DNA from: a virus
Virus record (IMG/VR): IMGVR_UViG_3300030103_004672
Span: 24,678 to 88,677 of that record
DNA: 64,000 bases
Direction: 5' to 3' (one strand)
Shown: in pieces, positions 57,441 through 64,000 of the stretch
Layout: each line of letters opens with the position of its first letter
Numbering within the stretch: the first letter of the stretch is position 1
Made by a program: the position numbers and the translations under genes
Notes under the pieces: model-generated
The model's database searches: none
Seen by the model: the letters and a program-made list of their open reading frames with translations, nothing else
Told to the model about the DNA's origin: nothing

Positions 57441-57722
57441 TTGGGAAGAATTAAAAAATTTGCAGATTTTGTCTTAGAAGGCAAATCAGTTAAAATCATA
57501 CCAGCGGGTGATGAAGAGCAGGGTGATGGTTCAGACAGGGAAACTGAGGCGGAAGTTACATCATTTATGGATGCAGAAGAAGACAACTGCCCACGATGCG
57601 GTGAGCATGTAGAGGACTGCAGATGTGATGATTCGGATTATTGGTCAACCCAGACTTACCACAGAGTACCCAAAGGTAAAGTGGAAAAACCAAAACCAAA
57701 ACAGAATTTTAAAGACAAATAA
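57441..57722 (+). CDS. Small acidic Cys-containing protein, probable head-packaged protein
   Basis: AATATATAA at 57416; N-terminus IKKFADFVLE; CPRC...C.C. Confidence 0.55.
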   Translation: MGRIKKFADFVLEGKSVKIIPAGDEEQGDGSDRETEAEVTSFMDAEEDNCPRCGEHVEDCRCDDSDYWSTQTYHRVPKGKVEKPKPKQNFKDK

Positions 57723-57740
57723 CTTTTTAATAATTTTTAT

Positions 57741-58064
57741 ATGAAATATACAGAATACGTAAATTATGCAGTGTTAACTATTGTTTTTCTAGTTTTTATG
57801 CAGACATGTGGCACTAAAAAAAGAATAAGTAGAGCTTATGATGATCATCAGGAAACCCTTGATAGCCTTCAGACTGAGGTAGATTCCTTAAAGTCTATGA
57901 ATGCTAAAAAGTTTGGTGAGCTTTATGAACTATTAATAACCGAGGATGAAATGGTTGAACTGATCAAAGAAACACCTGCATGGAAAACGCTAAGAATTGA
58001 GGAGATATCTGACAAAGAAAGAATCTCAATTAACGCGTTAGAAGAAAGAGATCCAAATGAGTAG
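57741..58064 (+). CDS. Membrane-anchored coiled-coil protein
   Basis: N-terminal hydrophobic helix ending QTC, then coiled coil. Confidence 0.55.
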   Translation: MKYTEYVNYAVLTIVFLVFMQTCGTKKRISRAYDDHQETLDSLQTEVDSLKSMNAKKFGELYELLITEDEMVELIKETPAWKTLRIEEISDKERISINALEERDPNE

Positions 58065-58572
58065 AATAATTCCAGGCGTGCCCACACCCAGATCAGGTGA
58101 TCCAACCTGTGTTCTTTCGACTTGTGCTAGAATAATAGCACAGGTCGATTGTGTTTTAACTGTGTTGCAGGGTGCAACTGGTTGTGTAGAAATACAGCTT
58201 TTTAATAAAGAGGGTAAACCGCTCGATCTAGATAGGTTTTCCGAAATGCACGTTATGCTCTATGATGAGCTAGAATGTGTAGTTGCAAATTTCTTTTGGC
58301 CAAACATACCTACAGGATGTACAGGTCATCTTATAGAAGTATTACAGAGAACCACTTCAACTGGAACTATTGTTGACAAAGGTTTAATTAAGGTTTGTCT
58401 TTCAAAAGAATGTACAAGTAGAAGCCCAGGTAAGATATTTGCAGAGATAAGGCTGACCGAACCTGCAACTGAAACAGGTGGCACTGACGATATTATAGGA
58501 GTCAAGTGTATTTGGGTTGCTCAGATATTAGAATCATTAATTTATAAAAACGGATGCGATGACGGCTGCTAA
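58057..58572 (+). CDS. Cys-rich (11 Cys) beta-type protein, possibly virion-associated
   Basis: QG...EIQL....GKPLDL pattern typical of Ig-like baseplate/tail adaptor domains. Confidence 0.4.
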   Translation: MSRIIPGVPTPRSGDPTCVLSTCARIIAQVDCVLTVLQGATGCVEIQLFNKEGKPLDLDRFSEMHVMLYDELECVVANFFWPNIPTGCTGHLIEVLQRTTSTGTIVDKGLIKVCLSKECTSRSPGKIFAEIRLTEPATETGGTDDIIGVKCIWVAQILESLIYKNGCDDGC

Positions 58573-59293
58573 AAGCAAACTAGTTAATTTTTTCATCATA
58601 GGTATTTTTACAAGTCTTTACATTTTAGTTGCAACAATATCTATGATCAATAGTGTTGATTTCTTTGATCTTAGTCATGATAGAAACTTGGCATGGTCAT
58701 TGGCCATTGGATTTGAAATGGGTGCAGCAGCATCTCTTGCTGCAATCATTATATTAGACAAGACAAATAAATTTTTAGTTTGGGGACTATTCTTGCTATT
58801 AACACTTTTCCAAATGATGGCAAATTCATATCATGCCTTTGTTAGCCTTGAAGAATTCCAGGGTTGGATAGAGTTATTCGGACTACAAGAAGAAGAGCCA
58901 TTAACACAAAAAAGAATTTTAGCCATTTTAAGTGGTGCTATTTTACCACTTGTAGCTTTAGGTTTTATTAAATCATTGGTTGACTATTTAAGACCTGATG
59001 ATTTACAGATACCAAAACAAATTCAAGCTGAAGAAGAAATAGCTAACAAAAGAATTATGAATGTAATTGATCAAAATGAAAACATTGGTTTCAATTATAC
59101 TGATAAAGAACAAAGTGAAGAACAGCTCAAAACTATAGAGGTAGTTGTTGAGCCAAAGGTGGTCAATGATACGACTAATGTGAGTGCAAACGACGAAAAG
59201 GAATCTGTTTCTGAAAAGGACACAACTGATAGTTTGGATAAGAATCAGGTTCAACGGCCTCGAAAGGCATTCACCAAGCAGTATAAGCCCTAA
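58559..59293 (+). CDS. Four-TM membrane protein with acidic tail
   Basis: Four hydrophobic segments in the first 140 aa. Confidence 0.65.
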   Translation: MTAAKSKLVNFFIIGIFTSLYILVATISMINSVDFFDLSHDRNLAWSLAIGFEMGAAASLAAIIILDKTNKFLVWGLFLLLTLFQMMANSYHAFVSLEEFQGWIELFGLQEEEPLTQKRILAILSGAILPLVALGFIKSLVDYLRPDDLQIPKQIQAEEEIANKRIMNVIDQNENIGFNYTDKEQSEEQLKTIEVVVEPKVVNDTTNVSANDEKESVSEKDTTDSLDKNQVQRPRKAFTKQYKP

Positions 59294-59334
59294 ATCTGCA
59301 TTATGAAACAGGGTAAAAAATATACTACTGGTTT

Positions 59335-60018
59335 ATGTCAAAGGAAGCGCGCGAAGAATCTGTGTTTCATGAAAAACGGAGACCTAAAAATCCAATAAAA
59401 TTTAATATTACATTAAACGAGGAGCAAAAGTTAGCAAAAGAAAAAATATTAAGAAACACAATAACAGTTCTAGCTGGTAGAGCTGGATCTGGAAAGACAC
59501 TGTTAGCTTGCCAAATTGCTTTAGATGGATTGTTTCGAAAGGAATACGAAAAAATTATTATAACAAGGCCAACCGTATCCAAAGAGGATATCGGATTTCT
59601 GCCAGGAAACTTAAAAGAGAAACTAGATCCCTGGGTTCAGCCAATTTACCAAAACATGTATCAATTATATGATCGTGAAAAGGTAAATAAACATCTAGAA
59701 AATAGTGATATCGAGATAGTACCTATCTCATTTATGCGAGGCAGGACATTCTTAGATAGCTGTGTAATTGTTGATGAGGCACAAAACGTGACAATGGAGC
59801 AAATGCAAATGATTGTAACTAGAGTTGGTTTGCGAAGCAAAATGATAATTTGTGGAGATGCTGCTCAGATAGATCTAAAAACAAGAAGAGAATCAGGTTT
59901 TAGCTTTTTATATGATGCAGCAGAAAGCATTGAGCACTTAGCAGCCATCTTGCTTGAAACTAACCATAGAAATCCTATTGTAGATGAGCTAATTGAATAT
60001 TATTCTAAGTATAGTTAA
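59335..60018 (+). CDS. phoH: PhoH-family ATPase
   Basis: GRAGSGKT, TRP, GFLPG, FMRGRTF, DEAQN, GD..QIDL, HR. Confidence 0.95.
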   Translation: MSKEAREESVFHEKRRPKNPIKFNITLNEEQKLAKEKILRNTITVLAGRAGSGKTLLACQIALDGLFRKEYEKIIITRPTVSKEDIGFLPGNLKEKLDPWVQPIYQNMYQLYDREKVNKHLENSDIEIVPISFMRGRTFLDSCVIVDEAQNVTMEQMQMIVTRVGLRSKMIICGDAAQIDLKTRRESGFSFLYDAAESIEHLAAILLETNHRNPIVDELIEYYSKYS

Positions 60019-60028
60019 TAAATAACTT

Positions 60029-61651
60029 ATGGTCATAGACTTAAAGTATATTTTTACTGCCGTTTCGGCTATGCTAACAATTTTAACATTTTTTGTTGTC
60101 AAGACACTAGGAGTATTTGATATAATAGAGCACTCTCAAACAGTAGATCTTTTTGAATATTTTTCATTTATATTGTTCTTGCCTTTCTTTTTTCATTTGG
60201 GTTGGCAAATTTTTACGACTACAAAGAGAGAGAAGGTTAGCCGAAAGGCACTACAAGACATTCTTGATGATTCATGCTTGGTATTGAGAGCAGATGCTAA
60301 CGGTAAAATAGTTTTTGTTAATGATTTATTTTGCAAAACATCTGGATACAAACCACATGAACTTTTAGGAAAGGAATATAACTCACTCGGTTGTAAGGAA
60401 TATCATGATGATGAATTTTGGGAAAACGCTATAAGTACTACAGTCAAATATAGATCTATATGGCAAGAGGTTGTAACTAATATGCATAAAGAAGAACGGT
60501 GCTATATAGTTAACACTTGGATGATGGCAGAATTTAATGAAAACGGTGAGCATATAGGTTTTCTTTCTGTAAGCCAGGACATAACTAAACTTATGGATTC
60601 ATTAGACATGGTTGATAAAAAATCAAAAGAAGTTGAGAACGTTTTGTCAGCTATTGATAAATCAAATGCAGTAATTGAATTTTTACCACATGGGCATATT
60701 ATAACAGCAAATAAAAACTTTCTGGACTTGATGGGATATTCTCTTGAAGAAATAAAAAATGAACATCATTCGATATTTGTAGATGAAAAAACAAAAATAT
60801 CCAAAGGGTACGATAACTTTTGGAAATCTTTAAGAAACGGTAATTTTAGATCTGGTGAATTTACGAGATATAAAAAAAATGGAGAAACCGTTTACATTCA
60901 GGGCACTTACAACCCTATTATGGATGAAGATGGAAATCTAGAAAGAGTTCTCAAGGTTGTTACGGACATAACAGATTCAGTTGTACAGAAACAAGAAATA
61001 GAAAGAAAAAATGCATATTTGGAACACGCAGCTAAAATATTGCGACATGACATGCATTCAGGAATTAACACATATATACCTCGAGGTCTATCATCTCTAA
61101 AAAGGAGAATCACTGATGAGAAAATAGAAGAGTTGCGTTTATCTTCTCCTATGAAAATGTTAGAGGAGGGGCTTAAACATGCACAAAGGGTTTACAATGG
61201 CGTAAAAGAATTCACAAACTTAGTTAAAAAAGATGCAATTCTAGAAAAAGAGTTTCTTGATCTAAATGTAATTTTAGAAAATTATTTGTCGTCAACATCC
61301 TATAAATCACAGGTTAATATAGACGTATTGCCGTCTGCGGAGGTAAATGAATCATTATTTTGCACAGCTATAGACAATCTAATTAGAAACGGCTTAAAAT
61401 ATAATGATAGTCCAACTAAACAGATAAATATTTATTATGAATCAGGGTATTTGATTATCAAGGATAACGGCCGAGGAATGACTAAAGAACAATTTAGACA
61501 TTACAGTCAACCGTATACCAGAGGTAAAAATCAAAAAGAAGCAGGATCTGGTTTAGGATTAAATATTTGTATATCGATACTAGCAGAACATGGGTTTGAA
61601 GTAGAGTCTACAAAACTTAAAAATGGAACTAAAATAAAAATAAAATTATGA
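60029..61651 (+). CDS. Membrane sensor histidine kinase, 2TM-PAS-PAS-HisKA-HATPase
   Basis: H-box LRHDM, N-box NLIRNGLKY, DNGRGM, GSGLGL; two PAS/PAC domains. Confidence 0.92.
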   Translation: MVIDLKYIFTAVSAMLTILTFFVVKTLGVFDIIEHSQTVDLFEYFSFILFLPFFFHLGWQIFTTTKREKVSRKALQDILDDSCLVLRADANGKIVFVNDLFCKTSGYKPHELLGKEYNSLGCKEYHDDEFWENAISTTVKYRSIWQEVVTNMHKEERCYIVNTWMMAEFNENGEHIGFLSVSQDITKLMDSLDMVDKKSKEVENVLSAIDKSNAVIEFLPHGHIITANKNFLDLMGYSLEEIKNEHHSIFVDEKTKISKGYDNFWKSLRNGNFRSGEFTRYKKNGETVYIQGTYNPIMDEDGNLERVLKVVTDITDSVVQKQEIERKNAYLEHAAKILRHDMHSGINTYIPRGLSSLKRRITDEKIEELRLSSPMKMLEEGLKHAQRVYNGVKEFTNLVKKDAILEKEFLDLNVILENYLSSTSYKSQVNIDVLPSAEVNESLFCTAIDNLIRNGLKYNDSPTKQINIYYESGYLIIKDNGRGMTKEQFRHYSQPYTRGKNQKEAGSGLGLNICISILAEHGFEVESTKLKNGTKIKIKL

Positions 61652-62085
61652 TACCATCAATATTATTAGTAGATGATGAAGATCTATTTCATTTAGTATT
61701 CGAAGACGCATGTAGCTTATTAGACATTACACTTTCTTTACAGTCAGTAAATTCAGCTGACGATGCAGCAACTATGTTTAAGGAATGGTATGATAATGGG
61801 CACAGTGGTGATAGACCTGCATGTGCTTTTATAGATTTAAACATTATAGGTTCTTCATTTGATGGAATAGAACTTATAAGAAAAATAAACAAAGAATATG
61901 GTAATGGTGTCGTTATTGGTATCATATCATCATCTAGTGATCAAGATGAAATAGAAAAATCTAAAGAAGTCGGTGCACAGTTTTGGATTATAAAGTCTGA
62001 CGAAATAGAGCCTCGATTGGAACAATTTAGGGAAGATTACGAAGGATTTAAAGATAGAATCATGCCTTTTAAAGTTTACAAATAA
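61648..62085 (+). CDS. Stand-alone response regulator receiver
   Basis: LLVDDE, FIDLN (phospho-Asp), DGIELI, ISSS, IIK; ATGA overlap with the kinase. Confidence 0.92.
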   Translation: MIPSILLVDDEDLFHLVFEDACSLLDITLSLQSVNSADDAATMFKEWYDNGHSGDRPACAFIDLNIIGSSFDGIELIRKINKEYGNGVVIGIISSSSDQDEIEKSKEVGAQFWIIKSDEIEPRLEQFREDYEGFKDRIMPFKVYK

Positions 62086-62086
62086 T

Positions 62087-62674
62087 ATGATTATAAAGGG
62101 TTCCCATAGGGATTTAATTTTACAGTTAATATCAAAAAAGGTTTTTTTAGAGGGAAACATTCTAAAGCTATTGCGCGCTGAAGAAGGTGACACTGAAATA
62201 AACGATTACCTGACAGCGTGCAAGGATAAGGACCAATCCGCTAGAAAAAAGAGGCTTGCGATTACTAAGAAGATCCAATCGCAAAACAGAGAACTAATAG
62301 ATGCAGATAAAGCAAACAACGCGCTGATGCGTCAGATTTCTGAATCACTAGAACAGACTAAAATAGCTAAGGATGAAGCAGATAAAGCTAGGCATGAAGC
62401 AGAATTACTTAGAGATGCTGCAGTAGAAGACTTGGATGCACTACAGAAACGAGTACAGACAGAATTAATAGGTACTATCGTAAGAGTCTCGCTGATAGTT
62501 ATATGTTCAGTAGGGCTGTTAACAACTGGACTGTATATCTATGTTATGTCTATAGGTGCAGATACAAAAATCGTAGAGTCGACATGGTCAAATTTATTTG
62601 GAATTTTGCTTACCAACTCATTTAGTATAATTGGAACTATTATGGGTGTTAAATACGCGACAGAAAAGCAATAA
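62087..62674 (+). CDS. Coiled-coil protein with two C-terminal TM helices, third gene of the two-component operon
   Basis: Starts 1 nt after the receiver stop; long heptad region then two hydrophobic helices. Confidence 0.7.
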   Translation: MIIKGSHRDLILQLISKKVFLEGNILKLLRAEEGDTEINDYLTACKDKDQSARKKRLAITKKIQSQNRELIDADKANNALMRQISESLEQTKIAKDEADKARHEAELLRDAAVEDLDALQKRVQTELIGTIVRVSLIVICSVGLLTTGLYIYVMSIGADTKIVESTWSNLFGILLTNSFSIIGTIMGVKYATEKQ

Positions 62675-62795
62675 TATTTAACGAAAAAAACTATATATAA
62701 AAAATAAGGGCCAACATTATTAGCATAGTTTAGAATATTAAATACAAAGCATTTTATATGTTAGAATTTGGTCGGTAAACATACGAGAATGAAAT

Positions 62796-63023
62796 ATGTG
62801 GATCAAAGAAATATTCAAAGACAAAAACGATATAAATGAAAAATCTGTTATAGGATTCCTTTCATTTGCAGTAATGGTAACTTTTGCAGTGGCAGATCTC
62901 CTTACAGGTTATGTAGGCACAGACCTAGTAATCAACGAGTTTATTTATAATTCATTTGTTTTGATAACCTTAGGTTCTCTAGGAATTGCGGGAGCCGAAA
63001 AAATATTTGGCTCACGATCATGA
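62796..63023 (+). CDS. Small two-TM protein, holin-like
   Basis: 75 aa, two TM helices, LGIAGAEK; TATATATAA at 62692. Confidence 0.5.
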   Translation: MWIKEIFKDKNDINEKSVIGFLSFAVMVTFAVADLLTGYVGTDLVINEFIYNSFVLITLGSLGIAGAEKIFGSRS

Positions 63024-64000
63024 TAAAGAATTTATTAACACTAATTACATTTTTACCTTTATTTCTATCAGCTCAAACAAGCTGGGTAGCATTTAGATTA
63101 GAAACTGATACTCATCCCGAAGAATTTTCTTGGTATGTTGAAGAAGTGGCAACTGGTGATACAGTTGATCAAGGAGGTAATTATGTAGGTGGCTCATATG
63201 GTCCAGCAGGAGAAAGAACACTTATAACTGAGTATATTGAATTACCTAATACAGGAGATTATATTTTATGGTTAGAGGACGCAGCTGGAAATGGATTTGA
63301 CAGTATACCTAATGATGAAGTTGAATTCTTTGTTGGTAACTGGTGTGGATTTCAAAATGATGACATACCAGGATATACAAACTGGACAGCTTGGGGCTAT
63401 CCATTTACAATACCTAACTCATGTCCTTTACCAACTATTGGTTGTTTAGATCCTAATTCATCTAATTATGACTCATTAGCTAATTTTACTTTATTTGGAA
63501 CTGCTTGTGAATATATTTGGGATGTAACATTTCAATTAGATATTTCAAATGCACCTCCTATGGATACTCCTGAGGTAAATGGAATATTTAATGCGTGGTG
63601 TGGTGATTGTAATCAAATGACTGATATGGGTAATGGTATATGGGAAACCACTATATCAATACCAGGTGGAGTATATCCTTACAAATTTTCAGCTGATGAT
63701 TTTGCTATACAAGAACAGCCATTTATTGGTGCTAATAATTCTTGTTTTCAAGAAGATTTTGGATTTGTAAATAGAATATTAGATGTAGACAGAGATACAG
63801 TATTACCATTAGTATGCTGGGAGTCTTGTTTACCATGCGGTGCAGTTCCTGGTTGTACTGATCCTACTTCACCTAATTGGAATCCATGGGCTAATTATGA
63901 TGATGGAACTTGTTTAATTACTTGTCCTCCTAATTCAGAAATACTTCAAATAGAATTAACAACTGATCAATATCCTGATGAAACAGAATGGGAAGTAAGA
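63020..64000 (+). CDS. Secreted Bacteroidota-type multidomain protein (3' truncated); absent from ORF track
   Basis: Manual translation open to window end: signal peptide MIKNLLTLITFLPLFLSAQ, GCLDPNSSNY and GCTDPTSPNWNP.AN.DDGTC repeats, CBM48-like VNGIFNAW...DMGNGIW...YKF, repeated TD.(H/Y)P.E..W domain. Confidence 0.75.
   Translation, partial: MIKNLLTLITFLPLFLSAQTSWVAFRLETDTHPEEFSWYVEEVATGDTVDQGGNYVGGSYGPAGERTLITEYIELPNTGDYILWLEDAAGNGFDSIPNDEVEFFVGNWCGFQNDDIPGYTNWTAWGYPFTIPNSCPLPTIGCLDPNSSNYDSLANFTLFGTACEYIWDVTFQLDISNAPPMDTPEVNGIFNAWCGDCNQMTDMGNGIWETTISIPGGVYPYKFSADDFAIQEQPFIGANNSCFQEDFGFVNRILDVDRDTVLPLVCWESCLPCGAVPGCTDPTSPNWNPWANYDDGTCLITCPPNSEILQIELTTDQYPDETEWEVR

Noticed and set aside
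1297-59698. Impression that palindromes (TCTAGA, CTAG, GATC) are not avoided, as expected for modified DNA
   Set aside because: Cannot be quantified by eye; needs observed/expected k-mer statistics before it counts as evidence
248-62193. Many 60-126 aa alternative-frame and antisense ORFs in the track
   Set aside because: All lie inside well-supported genes and lack recognisable features
62675-62795. tRNA or ncRNA in one of the larger intergenic gaps
   Set aside because: No cloverleaf, T-loop GTTC or convincing stems seen by eye; a covariance search is needed to exclude it
1-64000. Alternative genetic code (TAG/TGA recoding)
   Set aside because: Core genes are full length under the standard code and TAA, TAG and TGA all end genes at sensible positions

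Overview
64 kb of a large, AT-rich lytic myovirus with a T4-type core (portal, prohead protease, major capsid, terminase, sheath, tube, gp55, UvsX, gp41, gp46/47, clamp and clamp loader). Almost all genes are on the + strand, standard code. The host is probably Bacteroidota/Flavobacteriia (Hc1-type histone-like protein, xAQ signal-peptide protein, A-rich initiation regions). Main points: (1) a candidate undescribed CYTOSINE hypermodification pathway: a T4 gp42-like enzyme with the dCMP-specifying Asp, a gp56-like dCTPase/dUTPase, and a three-gene operon (7440-10621). The operon encodes a beta-glucosyltransferase-N-domain/SGNH fusion with a clamp-binding-like tail, an aG/PT-PPlase-like base transferase and a PLP enzyme; the last two families are known from thymine hypermodification. 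(2) The family B DNA polymerase is split in the fingers into two genes 9.2 kb apart that flank this operon. (3) A three-tier promoter cascade (TGTTATATT; TAAAC-N17-TATAAT; GATATATAA) maps onto an ECF-like sigma and gp55. (4) A complete PAS-PAS histidine kinase / receiver / membrane-protein module sits next to a holin-like gene. Also seen: kdsA plus a Maf/sialyltransferase-like gene, a candidate tail-chaperone frameshift, a nested scaffold start and several apparent pseudo-enzymes. All family assignments come from motif recognition by eye, not database searches.
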